NCBI GenBank assembly: GCA_963768425.1
Contig: CAVYHV010000006.1
Coordinates: 32,001 to 96,000 of the forward strand
DNA: 64,000 nt
Direction of reading: 5' to 3'
Source of the DNA: Candidatus Bathyarchaeota archaeon
Lineage (GTDB): Archaea; Thermoproteota; Bathyarchaeia; Bathyarchaeales; Bathycorpusculaceae
Made by a program: the position numbers and the translations under genes. The notes under the pieces were generated by a model. It was not told the DNA's origin. It did not search any database and saw only the letters and a program-made list of their open reading frames with translations. Shown piece after piece: positions 1-9,497 of this stretch (position 1 is its first letter; the number at the start of each line of letters is the position of its first letter).

Positions 1-1076
1 TCTTGGACCCAGAGGTAAGATAAGCTTCCATACTGATTGGGAGACACATAATCGTAAATTTGACCGCATCTAAGTGTGGTTGTGTAAGGTACTGCGCCTG
101 AAGTTGTTAAGCCTCCCGAGGTTTCAAGTAAACCCTGTTGCAGAAGTGGCACCGTGTAATTAAGACCAGTATCAGTCCATAATGTTTGTCCAGTCTGTAA
201 GTTTACTGCGGTAATGCCTGCTGGATCTTGGTTAGAGTTCGGGTACTCTGTGTAGTAGAGAATTCCACTTATGATTACTGGTGCAAATTTCGGTTCATAT
301 TGTGACGTCGAGTAGAAATTGCTAGTGTCGGATCCGCCGAATTCTCCTCCAACTAAGCCTCCGAAAGCCTCAGGCTTTGTCCAAAGGATGTGAGCGGTTG
401 TTGGCGCTGTAGTGTAGGGGTTATAATTTCCGGTGATATTGTACTCTCCTGTGTTGGCAAAGGTTGATGTGCCTAAACCAAGCCAGTTTCCGCTAATAGT
501 ATACCATTCGTCGTTCACTGATTCTATTGGGCGACTCCAGTAACTTGTCGGAAGTGGATTTTGGGGGATTGCTGCTACTGGAGTTTGTTGCACTACAAGG
601 GTGTATGATAGGCTAGTGCTTGGTTCATAATAATCACCGATGAATGCCTTTGTTGCTGCAGTTGTGGTGGAAATCAGATTATTTCCTGCTAATGTCTGTC
701 CCGGGAAGCTCATCTGGAAAGTGTAGTTACCGGTTTGAGTTGGTGTATAATCTGTATGGGTTCCTCCTGTATCATCAGCTGTAAACGTTCCAAGTTTAGA
801 GGTGGTTCCATCAGGCAGCTTTACTGTTACTGACAAGCCGGTCCACCTGTCGCCGTAAACGCCGCTTGCTGTTGGTGTCGGTAAACCGAGCCAGAAGCCA
901 ACGTTGACTGTTTGGCCAATTCCTGCAGGGTTAGGATTTACTTCAATGTAGGCGTATGTTGGAATCTGCCATGGTGGCGAATGCGCATTTGCGTTTGGTA
1001 TTAATAGCATTGAACCTGTCATAGAAAGTATAAAGAATATGCTAATTGCTATAGCTGCAATTTTGTTTTTCAACAT
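1..1076 (-). CDS. Secreted PQQ-binding-like beta-propeller / surface protein, 5' part (runs off window start)
   Basis: Manual translation from ATG 1076: MLKNKIAAIAISIFFILSMTGSMLLIPNANAHSPPWQIPTYAYIEVNPNPAGIGQTVNVGFWLG... It has a signal peptide and the N-terminus typical of the expanded Bathyarchaeia PQQ-repeat family. AGGAG SD upstream. Absent from the ORF track because there is no stop in the window. Confidence 0.75.
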   Translation of the reverse strand, partial: MLKNKIAAIAISIFFILSMTGSMLLIPNANAHSPPWQIPTYAYIEVNPNPAGIGQTVNVGFWLGLPTPTASGVYGDRWTGLSVTVKLPDGTTSKLGTFTADDTGGTHTDYTPTQTGNYTFQMSFPGQTLAGNNLISTTTAATKAFIGDYYEPSTSLSYTLVVQQTPVAAIPQNPLPTSYWSRPIESVNDEWYTISGNWLGLGTSTFANTGEYNITGNYNPYTTAPTTAHILWTKPEAFGGLVGGEFGGSDTSNFYSTSQYEPKFAPVIISGILYYTEYPNSNQDPAGITAVNLQTGQTLWTDTGLNYTVPLLQQGLLETSGGLTTSGAVPYTTTLRCGQIYDYVSPNQYGSLSYLWVQ

Positions 1077-1100
1077 TTTTCTTTTTTCTCCTAAATTTTT

Positions 1101-1146
1101 AGCGCTGAGAAGAAGCATAGAAACGCCTCTTCCCCGAGCTCGCACC
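1101..1146 (-). other. 5'-UTR RNA hairpin of the secreted-protein gene
   Basis: Minus-strand GGGAAGAGGC-GUUUCUAU-GCUUCUUCUC forms a 10-bp stem with two G.U pairs. It lies between a TATA-like ATTTATAT (~1163-1170) and the SD. Confidence 0.6.
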
Positions 1147-1390
1147 ATCTTTGCCCTTTTTGATATAAATAATTTGGCTAATTCACACGGCGCGATCTAG
1201 AGCGAATAAAGGCAATTTTCCATTTAGAAAGATAAAAAAATTAATGAAATACTGCGGTTTTACTTCAAAAAACGACCTTCACCAAACTAAATCTGATGAC
1301 TAAAGGAGAAGGGAAGTTGTGCAAGTGATTGTTCACATCAATATGGGTTCAATTCCATTCCCCAGCTCCATATCCATAGAAACCGAAAGC

Positions 1391-1990
1391 TTAGCTTTTT
1401 CTGGAGAGCAAAAAGAAACCATATTCCCCAAACAGGTTCGGCAGAAAACGCACTTGTCTTTTGCCGGACTTGACGAAGGCGTTTTCAATGTGGATGTCTT
1501 TGTTCTTGCAGTAGTCCCTGAAGTCGTTTAAGCTGAGGAAATGCAGGTTCGGCGTGTTGTACCATTGATATGGGAGTGCTGCGGTGACGGGGACGCGTCC
1601 TTTGAAGAATATTTCGGCTCTGGCTTTGTAGTATGCGAAGTTGGGGATGCCAACTATGGTTTTTTTGCCTACCCGAAGCGCTTCTTGTAAGGCGAAATCG
1701 GGTTTTTTCACTTGCTGTAGAGTCTGGTTTAAGATGACGTAGTCGAAGGAATTGTCTTCATATTCGGAGAGTCCTGTATCGATATCCTGCTGGAAAACGC
1801 TTAACCCTTCGGCGACACATCGAACAATAGCCTGCTCGCTGAGTTCAATGCCTTGGGCACGCACATGTTTTTTCCGTATTAGGAACGAAAGGAGTTCTCC
1901 GTCTCCGCATCCGAGATCCAGCACTGATGCACCGTCAAAAATCCAGTCAGCGAAGGCTCTGTATTCAATTCTGTCAGCGAGCTGCGTCAT
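1391..1990 (-). CDS. metW: Methionine biosynthesis protein MetW
   Basis: [12 protein letters not shown] motif, [12 protein letters not shown] and WYNTPNLHF motifs; overlaps the metX stop. Confidence 0.92.
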   Translation of the reverse strand: MTQLADRIEYRAFADWIFDGASVLDLGCGDGELLSFLIRKKHVRAQGIELSEQAIVRCVAEGLSVFQQDIDTGLSEYEDNSFDYVILNQTLQQVKKPDFALQEALRVGKKTIVGIPNFAYYKARAEIFFKGRVPVTAALPYQWYNTPNLHFLSLNDFRDYCKNKDIHIENAFVKSGKRQVRFLPNLFGEYGFFLLSRKS

Positions 1991-3131
1991 TGTTGCTGCT
2001 CCTTGTATTGTTGTTGTAAACGCTCTTCAAGAAATTCCCAACTAATTGTGCCTCTTGCTCTGTTTCCAGAAGGAAGGCATCGTGACCATAAGTCGAGTTG
2101 AATTCACAGTAGCTTGCGTCAACGCCTGCCAGTTTGCAAGCCTTCACTATCTCCTGTGACTGGTATGATGGGTAGAGCCAATCCGACTTAAATGCGAGAA
2201 CAAGCACTTTTGTTTGCAACCCTCTGAAGATGTCTCCGAGGTTGTGCCCGTTTAAGATGTTGAAGTAATCTATGGCTTTGGTTATGTACAGGTAGCTGTT
2301 TGCATCAAATCTCTTGACAAAGTTGTCGCCTCGGTAGCGAAGGTAACCTTCAACCTCGAAATCCACGCCGAACTTGAACGCAGCTTTCTCTTCCTTGAAT
2401 TTTCGACCGAACTTTTCAGCCATTGAAGCATCGCTCATGTAGGTTATGTGTCCAATCATTCTTGCTATGGCTAACCCTTTAGCAGGAATGCTGCAGCCGT
2501 AGTAGTTGCCATCTCGCCAGTCGGGATCAGCCATGACCGCTTGCCTGCCAACCTCGTTGAAAGCGATCTGCTGAGGCGTATGCTTCATCGTCGTCGCAAT
2601 AGGTATTGCGGCTCGAATCCTTTGGGGGTAAGAAACCATCCACTGCAAAACCTGCATACCGCCCATGGAGCCCCCGATTACAGCTAAAAGCTTCTCTATT
2701 CCTAAGTGGTCAATGAGGTGACGCTGCGCATTAACCATGTCTTTGATAGTTATCAGTGGGAAATCGATACCGTAGGGTTTACCCGTTTTATGGTTTATTG
2801 AAGATGGTCCAGTGGAACCCCTGCAGCCGCCTAGAATATTGCTGCAGATCACAAAGTACTTGTTAGTGTCGACACCCATGCCTTCACCGATAAGATTGTT
2901 CCACCAACCGCCGGATCCGGTGACATGGGCATCACCGCTGAGCGCGTGCAAAACGAGGATGGCGTTGGATTTATCTTTGTTGAGTGTGCCGAAAGTTTCG
3001 TACGTGAGTGTTATTGGACCAAGGGTCTCGCCTGATTCAAGAATAAGCTCTGCTGGGGGTTGTGCAAAAGTGAAGGTTTGGGTTTGTGAATTTTCCAGTT
3101 TGCTTATCCTTGTGAACTTGTTTGCCTCCAA
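1974..3131 (-). CDS. metX: Homoserine O-acetyltransferase
   Basis: [14 protein letters not shown] nucleophile elbow, RFDANSY and GHDAFL motifs. Confidence 0.95.
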   Translation of the reverse strand: MEANKFTRISKLENSQTQTFTFAQPPAELILESGETLGPITLTYETFGTLNKDKSNAILVLHALSGDAHVTGSGGWWNNLIGEGMGVDTNKYFVICSNILGGCRGSTGPSSINHKTGKPYGIDFPLITIKDMVNAQRHLIDHLGIEKLLAVIGGSMGGMQVLQWMVSYPQRIRAAIPIATTMKHTPQQIAFNEVGRQAVMADPDWRDGNYYGCSIPAKGLAIARMIGHITYMSDASMAEKFGRKFKEEKAAFKFGVDFEVEGYLRYRGDNFVKRFDANSYLYITKAIDYFNILNGHNLGDIFRGLQTKVLVLAFKSDWLYPSYQSQEIVKACKLAGVDASYCEFNSTYGHDAFLLETEQEAQLVGNFLKSVYNNNTRSSNNDAAR

Positions 3132-3168
3132 AAATTAGGGGGAATGCAGCTATAACGCTGCTATAGAT

Positions 3169-4473
3169 TTAAGGTTTCGCCGATGCTTTCAATGCTTTAT
3201 CCAAATCTTCGATGATGTCCTCTGGGTCTTCGATGCCTACAGATAACCTGATGTAATCCTCCGTGACTCCTGTTGCCTCCTGTTCTGCCTTGGTTAGTTG
3301 CTGGTGGGTTGTAGATGCCGGGTGAACGATTAGGCTCTTTGTGTCGCCGATGTTTGCCAAGTGCGAAAGAAGCTTCACTGACTCGATGAGTTTGCGTGCT
3401 GAATCTTTGCCGCCTTTGATTCCAAAGCCAACCAGACCGCCATAGTTGCCTTTGAGGTATTTTTCCGCGATCTTGTGGTTTGGATTGTCAGTCAAGCCCG
3501 GATAGATGACCCAACTTACAAGCGGATGCTGCTTTAGGAATTGTGCGACTTTTAAGGCGTTTTCGGAGTGTTTGCGTTGTCTGAGTGGCAGTGTTTCTAT
3601 GCCTTGCAGGAAAAGCCAGGAGTTGAATGGGCTCAATGCGGGACCTAAATCTCTTAGCAGTTGGAGGCGTACTTTGAAGATGAAGGCTACGTTTCCTAAG
3701 CTTGGGAAGTTGCTGAATTTATCCCAATATTTGATGCCGTGGTAGCTAGGGTCTGGTTCGGTGAACTCTGGGAATTTGCCGTTGTTCCAGTTGAATTTGC
3801 CGCCGTCAACGATTATGCCGCCTAAGCTGGTTCCATGTCCACCGATGTACTTGGTTGCTGATGCTACGATTATGTCGGCTCCGTATTCGAGGGGTCTGAC
3901 AATCCCTATGCCTACCGTGTTGTCGACCACGAGAGGTATGCCTGCATCATGCGCTATTTTAGAGAGGGCTTCAAAGTCGGGAACATCAAGTTTTGGGTTG
4001 CCTATTGTTTCAGCGTAGATCGCCCGGGTCTTGGAAGTTATGGCTTTCTTGAACTCTTCCGGTTTTTGGGAATCAACGAACTTCACAGATCTACCTAGTT
4101 TTGGAAAAGTGTAGTGGAAAAGCTGGTACGTTCCGCCGTAAAGGTTGTTTGCCGAGACGATTTCATCCCCGACGCGGGTTATCGCTAGTAGCGCTAAGGT
4201 TTCAGCTGCTTGTCCAGAGGCTACTGCCAACGCGCCCGTGCCGCCTTCAATGGCTGCTACGCGTCTTTCGAAGACATCGGTTGTCGGATTCATCAATCTG
4301 GTATATATGTTCCCCAGCTCTTTTAGGGCGAAAAGATTCGCCGCATGATCGGTATTTTTAAAGACATATGAAGTCGTCTGGTAGATCGGAACGGCCCTTG
4401 ACCCTGTTGTTGGGTCAGGTATTTCTTGACCAGAGTGGACTGCTACTGTGTCTAATCTTCTTTTTGAGGTCAT
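3169..4473 (-). CDS. metY: O-acetylhomoserine aminocarboxypropyltransferase (sulfhydrylase)
   Basis: [26 protein letters not shown] (PLP Lys), ANIGD and [10 protein letters not shown] motifs. Confidence 0.95.
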   Translation of the reverse strand: MTSKRRLDTVAVHSGQEIPDPTTGSRAVPIYQTTSYVFKNTDHAANLFALKELGNIYTRLMNPTTDVFERRVAAIEGGTGALAVASGQAAETLALLAITRVGDEIVSANNLYGGTYQLFHYTFPKLGRSVKFVDSQKPEEFKKAITSKTRAIYAETIGNPKLDVPDFEALSKIAHDAGIPLVVDNTVGIGIVRPLEYGADIIVASATKYIGGHGTSLGGIIVDGGKFNWNNGKFPEFTEPDPSYHGIKYWDKFSNFPSLGNVAFIFKVRLQLLRDLGPALSPFNSWLFLQGIETLPLRQRKHSENALKVAQFLKQHPLVSWVIYPGLTDNPNHKIAEKYLKGNYGGLVGFGIKGGKDSARKLIESVKLLSHLANIGDTKSLIVHPASTTHQQLTKAEQEATGVTEDYIRLSVGIEDPEDIIEDLDKALKASAKP

Positions 4474-4523
4474 TCTTTAATTGCTCCTTTGAATTTTTTA
4501 TTTTTGATTAACAACAACATCTA

Positions 4524-4536
4524 ATAACGCCGTTAT
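4524..4536. promoter_or_regulatory. Palindromic operator ATAAC-GCC-GTTAT upstream of metY
   Basis: Perfect ATAAC-N3-GTTAT; the same motif recurs upstream of neighbouring sulfur genes. Confidence 0.65.
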
Positions 4537-4683
4537 ATGCCTTCTTGCAAGAAATATTCCAACAAGAATATGTCTCAATCAAACATCAACCCACCTCCAT
4601 CATTAGAGATGATTCCCCTAAAACCACAGCCACAATAGTTTGCGTCGGAGTGCAAAGGTTTTTTAGTGGTGGCTCACACAAAA

Positions 4684-4698
4684 AATAACGCTGTTATT
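4684..4698. promoter_or_regulatory. Palindromic operator AATAAC-GCT-GTTATT upstream of the tRNA thiolase-like gene
   Basis: Perfect inverted repeat about 22 nt before GTG 4721. Confidence 0.65.
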
Positions 4699-4720
4699 AT
4701 ATGCTCTTGGGGATAAATAA

Positions 4721-5698
4721 GTGAAAGCATTAGGCATGTTATCAGGCGGTTTAGACAGCACCTTAGCAGTGAAACTTATCCAAGAGCAGGGAATAGATGT
4801 TGAAGCCATCAACTTCGTAACACCGTTTTGCCAATGCAGAAAAGGCGGATGTGGCGCTGCAGAAGCCGCAAAAACCTTCAACATACCCCTCAAAATGGTC
4901 AACGCAGGCACAGATTATTTACGCATGGTCAGAAAGCCAAGGTTCGGATATGGAAAAAACCTCAACCCCTGCGTAGACTGCAGAATATACATGCTAAAAA
5001 AGGCAAAACACTTCGCAAAACAAATCGGAGCAAAATTCATCTTCACCGGTGAAGTCCTTGGGCAACGCCCCATGTCACAGCATAAAGCAGCCCTCGATCT
5101 TATAGAACGAGAAGCAGGTTTGCAAGGAAAAATTCTTCGTCCACTGTCGGCTAAGCTTTTACCAAAAACGGAAGCAGAGACAAAAGGACTTGTTGAAGAA
5201 GAAGCGCTCAGAGACATAAGTGGGCGTTCAAGGAAACGTCAAATTGAAATGACCAAAGAATTTAACATCGTTAATTACCCTTGCGCGGCAGGTGGATGCC
5301 TCCTCACCGACAGACAATTTGCCAAAAGACTTCGAGACCTTTTCGAGCACAAAAAGAGAATAACCATCAAACAAGTTAATCTGCTCAAAGTGGGCCGACA
5401 CTTTCGGTTCGGGAAAAACAAGATTATTGTAGGAAGATCCGAAGCTGAAAACGGACTGTTGCTTAGAACTAAACAAAAAACCGATTATTTCTTTGAAGTG
5501 CCCGATTGTGGAAGCCCAATTACTATTCTTCAAGGACCAAAAACACGAGCTACGATAGAGAAAGCTGCAGCTTTAACCGTTTTTCACTCGGACAAAAAGA
5601 CGGGAGCAGTTCCAGTAAATTTCGGAAAAAATAAGCCCGACAGGAAAATAGTTATCTCAGCACCGCTTCAGGCAGAAGTTGATTTGCTTAGGATTTAA
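4721..5698 (+). CDS. PP-loop tRNA sulfurtransferase-like protein (ThiI/MnmA-like, DUF814-type C-terminus)
   Basis: SGGLDS PP-loop, NPCVDCRI, TGEVLGQRPMSQ, CAAGGCLLTD and GRHFR motifs. Confidence 0.8.
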   Translation: MKALGMLSGGLDSTLAVKLIQEQGIDVEAINFVTPFCQCRKGGCGAAEAAKTFNIPLKMVNAGTDYLRMVRKPRFGYGKNLNPCVDCRIYMLKKAKHFAKQIGAKFIFTGEVLGQRPMSQHKAALDLIEREAGLQGKILRPLSAKLLPKTEAETKGLVEEEALRDISGRSRKRQIEMTKEFNIVNYPCAAGGCLLTDRQFAKRLRDLFEHKKRITIKQVNLLKVGRHFRFGKNKIIVGRSEAENGLLLRTKQKTDYFFEVPDCGSPITILQGPKTRATIEKAAALTVFHSDKKTGAVPVNFGKNKPDRKIVISAPLQAEVDLLRI

Positions 5699-5790
5699 GC
5701 CGACGCTGTTCTTTTCTCTTATTTAGGCGAAAAGACTAATCGTTTTGTGTTCGAAAAAACGATGCGCCAAAAAGAAAATACAAAAAACGG

Positions 5791-6147
5791 TTAAATGTAG
5801 TATTCAGGTTTGGAAGATTCAGAGATCAGTTTTTCTTTTTTACAGAAAGTGACGCAGAGAGTGCAAAAACCAGGCGTAATATCTTCAGCGGTAATCTCTT
5901 TATTGATTAGCTTTCTGGCAGTTTCGTGCGCCATCGTTTGTAGTTTTGGCATGAACGCCTCAACATGCTCTATGCCTTTGTAAGCACGTTTGGAACTAAG
6001 GTATTGGCTAACGGCGGCTTGTGTGGTTCCGAGTTTTCTGGCTGCTTCAGTTTGGGAAAGATTGTATTTTTGTACGAGTTCCTTAGCTAACATTGATCTG
6101 AAAATAGGCAGAACGTATTTGCCGACCATTTCACATTGAGGGTCCAT
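5791..6147 (-). CDS. HTH transcriptional regulator (COG2522-like) with PQCE and CxxC cysteines
   Basis: LSQTEAARKLGTTQAAVSQYLS helix-turn-helix. Probable start ATG 6147 (MDPQCE). Confidence 0.85.
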   Translation of the reverse strand: MDPQCEMVGKYVLPIFRSMLAKELVQKYNLSQTEAARKLGTTQAAVSQYLSSKRAYKGIEHVEAFMPKLQTMAHETARKLINKEITAEDITPGFCTLCVTFCKKEKLISESSKPEYYI

Positions 6148-6405
6148 TACAATCGTATCATTATAACGCACTTATACTTATAAGTCGTTTCAAATCAATC
6201 AACCTCTTCAGAGACTATAAGGCTTGTTCTAAATCCGCATGTAAATCTTCGTAATCTTCAATTCCAAAGGATAGCCTGAGCAAATTATCCGTAACACCCA
6301 TCTGGCAAAAAACCGGAATAAACAGAACATAATTATCACGCGGTACACAGGCGTGCCTTATTTCAAAAAGAATATAGCATCGTCAAGACTCAATTATAAA
6401 ACAAG

Positions 6406-6960
6406 ATGTTCCCAGAACTAGAAGACATTGCCAAACGCCGTAAACTACTGGGCCTTAAACAATCAGATTTAGCCAAAGCAGCGGGCGTAAGCCAATCCCT
6501 AATCGCCAAACTGGAAGCAGGAACAATAGACTCATCCTACACCAAAGTAAAAGCAATCTTCGACGTGCTCGAACGCTTAGAATTCAAGACCAAAGTCCAA
6601 GCTGAAAAAATCCTCCACACCGAAGTCGTCAGCGTCCAAAAGAGTGAGCCGGTTTCAGAAGTTGTAAAAATCATGAAAGAACACGGTTATTCACAGATAC
6701 CCGTCTTCGATGGGAAACAGCCTGTGGGAAGCATTTCGGAAAAGGCGATTCTGCGGCAGATTTTGGCTGGAAAAGACTTGGAGGAAATCTCTAAGCTGCC
6801 GACAGAAAGGATTATGGAGGAAGCTTTCCCGCAAATCAATGAGGATGCGCCGTTATCTTTGATTACTAGTCTTTTGCAGAATTATTCAGCGGTTTTAGTG
6901 TCAAAAAAAGGCGTGATACTGGGCATTATTACGAAGGCGGATTTGCTGCGGATGCTTTGA
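6406..6960 (+). CDS. XRE-HTH plus tandem CBS domain transcriptional regulator (COG3620-like)
   Basis: LKQSDLAKAAGVSQSLIAKLEAG HTH; GYSQIPV and GIITKADL CBS motifs. Confidence 0.9.
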   Translation: MFPELEDIAKRRKLLGLKQSDLAKAAGVSQSLIAKLEAGTIDSSYTKVKAIFDVLERLEFKTKVQAEKILHTEVVSVQKSEPVSEVVKIMKEHGYSQIPVFDGKQPVGSISEKAILRQILAGKDLEEISKLPTERIMEEAFPQINEDAPLSLITSLLQNYSAVLVSKKGVILGIITKADLLRML

Positions 6961-7071
6961 CGCAAGACGGTTATTTTTAAGTATGAGGATTTCTTCTGAA
7001 TTGGTTACAAAGTGCTTTTATTAATGAGCTGAAGCGCGCCAAAAAAGCTTTAAGCGTCGCCGTTAAACTTT

Positions 7072-7084
7072 ATAACAGTGTTAT
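7072..7084. promoter_or_regulatory. Palindromic operator ATAAC-AGT-GTTAT upstream of cysK
   Basis: Perfect motif between a TATA-like CTTTAAG (~7048-7054) and the start at 7100. Confidence 0.65.
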
Positions 7085-7099
7085 GTGGCAGTGATTTAA

Positions 7100-8050
7100 T
7101 TGAAAATAAACAATAACGTATTAGAAACAATAGGCAAAACACCGCTAGTTCGCCTGAACCGATTAACCGAAGGCATAAACGCCATTGTCGTCGGCAAAAT
7201 AGAATCAAGAAACCCAGGAGGAAGCGTCAAAGACCGCATATGCCTAAGCATGATTATTGAAGCAGAGAAACAGGGCTTAATCAAACTAGGCACAACCATC
7301 ATTGAACCGACAAGCGGCAACACAGGAATTGGCTTAGCCATGGTAGCAGCCGTAAAAGGCTACAAACTAATCCTTACCATGCCAGAAACCATGAGCATCG
7401 AAAGACGCAGTCTACTCAAGGCCTACGGCGCACAACTCGTCCTCACACCAGGGCCAGAAGGCATGGGCGGCGCCATCAAAAAAGCTGAGGAAATAGCTGC
7501 GCAAACGCCCAACAGTTTCGTGCCGCAGCAATTCAAGAATATAGCCAACCCAAAAATCCACCGCGAAACCACAGGCCCAGAAATATGGGAAGACACTGAT
7601 GGCAAAGTAGACATTCTGGTTTCGGGTGTAGGCACTGGAGGAACAATAACCGGAGTGGCACAATACATAAAACCACTAAAACCCGCCTTCAAAGCAGTAG
7701 CTGTAGAACCCGCAGCTTCGCCAGTTTTGAGCGGGGGACAGAAGGGACCGCACAAAATTCAAGGGATAGGTGCTGGCTTCAAACCCGACGTGTTAAAACT
7801 TGATTTGGTAGATGAAATATTCAAAGTGACTGACGATGACGCTATCAAGACGGCGAGGCAACTGGCACAAAAAGAAGGCTTGCTTGTAGGCATATCCTCA
7901 GGTGCAGCAACGTATGCGGCGCTTGAAGTCGCGAAGCGAGCAGAAAACAAAGACAAACTCATCGTTGTGATTCTGCCAGATACAGGCGAACGTTACCTCA
8001 GCACGATCTTATTCCAAGAACCAGCAGAGCAGATTCCGACTGCTTTATAA
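7100..8050 (+). CDS. cysK: Cysteine synthase A
   Basis: [10 protein letters not shown] (PLP Lys), TSGNTG, GVGTGGT, HKIQGIG and PDTGERYLS motifs. Confidence 0.97.
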   Translation: MKINNNVLETIGKTPLVRLNRLTEGINAIVVGKIESRNPGGSVKDRICLSMIIEAEKQGLIKLGTTIIEPTSGNTGIGLAMVAAVKGYKLILTMPETMSIERRSLLKAYGAQLVLTPGPEGMGGAIKKAEEIAAQTPNSFVPQQFKNIANPKIHRETTGPEIWEDTDGKVDILVSGVGTGGTITGVAQYIKPLKPAFKAVAVEPAASPVLSGGQKGPHKIQGIGAGFKPDVLKLDLVDEIFKVTDDDAIKTARQLAQKEGLLVGISSGAATYAALEVAKRAENKDKLIVVILPDTGERYLSTILFQEPAEQIPTAL

Positions 8051-8085
8051 TATCCTTTTTTTATATTTGCAAGCAGGAAAGAAAA

Positions 8086-9135
8086 ATGGTAACAAAAACC
8101 GAAAGGTCACAGCCCAAAGAAGCAGAGCAAGCAACCTGCAAAAAAGAAGAAGGCACATGGAGTCCAGAGAGCGCTCTTAATGCGCTTCTGAGTAACCATT
8201 ACAAAGTGGAGAAGGACTGGGTTGAGAAAGGCTTGCCAAAACTAGTGGATGAAATGGTGGCTAATTATGAGAAGTTTGGCGGTATGGACCACCTTACTGG
8301 GCGAGATCTTCCTTCGCAAGAAGTAGTTGTGGAAGTATTGGAAGACTTGTTAACTATTCTTTTTCCCGGATACTTAGGGAAGGAAGAAATCACCAAAGCT
8401 AACATAAAGTACTATCTTGGCACCAAGCTGAATTCAGTCTACATTCGCCTTACGAGCGAAGTTGAAAAAAGTTTGAAGTATATTTGCCGGAAAGCTGGGA
8501 CATGCCCCCAAGACATATGCCAATCACGTGCGCAAATTGTCGTTAAAGAGCTTCTTGAAAAGCTTCCTGAAATAAGATCTATGCTAAGCGGTGACATTCA
8601 AGGCGCCTATGAAGGTGACCCGGCAGCCGTGAGCACCGATGAAGTGATTTTGAGTTACCCGTGTGTGCTTGCAATTACAACTTACAGGATAGCACATGTG
8701 CTTTACCTCGACAGTGTACCCTTGATCCCCAGAATAATGAGTGAGCACGTTCACTCCCTAACAGGTATAGATATTCATCCAGGAGCAAGAATAGGCAAAA
8801 ACTTCTTCATCGACCATGGCACAGGCGTCGTCATCGGCGAAACCACTGAAATCGGGGACAACGTTAAACTTTACCAGGGTGTAACCTTGGGTGCGCTGAG
8901 TTTTGCCAAAGACGAGGAGGGTAACATCATCAAAGGAAGAAAACGGCACCCAACGATCGGAAACAACGTGATTATCTATTCGGGAGCGACAATCCTTGGG
9001 CGAAACGCTGTGGTCGGTGACGACGTTGTCATAGGTGGAAACGTGTGGGTAACTTCACCAATTGCCCCGGGAACCAAGATAACCATTACACCCCCTGAGC
9101 AGAATTACAAGAAAGAAAAACGCGTTGGAACCTGA
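8086..9135 (+). CDS. cysE: Serine O-acetyltransferase (long EpsC-type)
   Basis: [34 protein letters not shown] and KRHPT hexapeptide-repeat motifs. Confidence 0.93.
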   Translation: MVTKTERSQPKEAEQATCKKEEGTWSPESALNALLSNHYKVEKDWVEKGLPKLVDEMVANYEKFGGMDHLTGRDLPSQEVVVEVLEDLLTILFPGYLGKEEITKANIKYYLGTKLNSVYIRLTSEVEKSLKYICRKAGTCPQDICQSRAQIVVKELLEKLPEIRSMLSGDIQGAYEGDPAAVSTDEVILSYPCVLAITTYRIAHVLYLDSVPLIPRIMSEHVHSLTGIDIHPGARIGKNFFIDHGTGVVIGETTEIGDNVKLYQGVTLGALSFAKDEEGNIIKGRKRHPTIGNNVIIYSGATILGRNAVVGDDVVIGGNVWVTSPIAPGTKITITPPEQNYKKEKRVGT

Positions 9136-9292
9136 ACAGGCAAAAGTTTAGTCTTCCATCGTTTCTTGTTCCCGTTTCCTTTTCCTTTTAAATAAGGATG
9201 AATTTAGAAGAAGTGCTTTTTGTGCGGTACGCTGCACTTTTGGCTTAAACAACCTTATATAAAAGCTCGTAAAGATTTGATGTGCAGGCTAC

Positions 9293-9368
9293 GCCTAGGT
9301 GGCCGAGTCGCATAAGCAATCGCCTGCAGAGCGATTTTACAGGGGTTCAATTCCCCTCCTAGGCTCCA
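9293..9368 (+). tRNA. tRNA-Cys (GCA), CCA encoded
   Basis: Acceptor stem GCCTAGG/CCTAGGC; anticodon arm ATCGC-CTGCAGA-GCGAT; T arm AGGGG-TTCAATT-CCCCT; discriminator T followed by CCA; TATA box upstream (~9254-9262). Confidence 0.92.
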
Positions 9369-9497
9369 TTTCCGCTTTTCCCAAGCTTTTGCGTGGTTCC
9401 TGAATATTTGAAGTTCAGTTCTTATTTTGGGATGTGAAAGAATCGGTCTGCTTTGGTATAGTGTTTATATTACTTTACCTTGATTTAATAAAAAAGA

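Noticed and set aside
6333-6348. Sixth copy of the sulfur operator before the HTH-CBS gene (TATCACGCGGTACA)
   Set aside because: It has three or more mismatches to ATAAC-N3-GTTAT and cannot be distinguished from chance.
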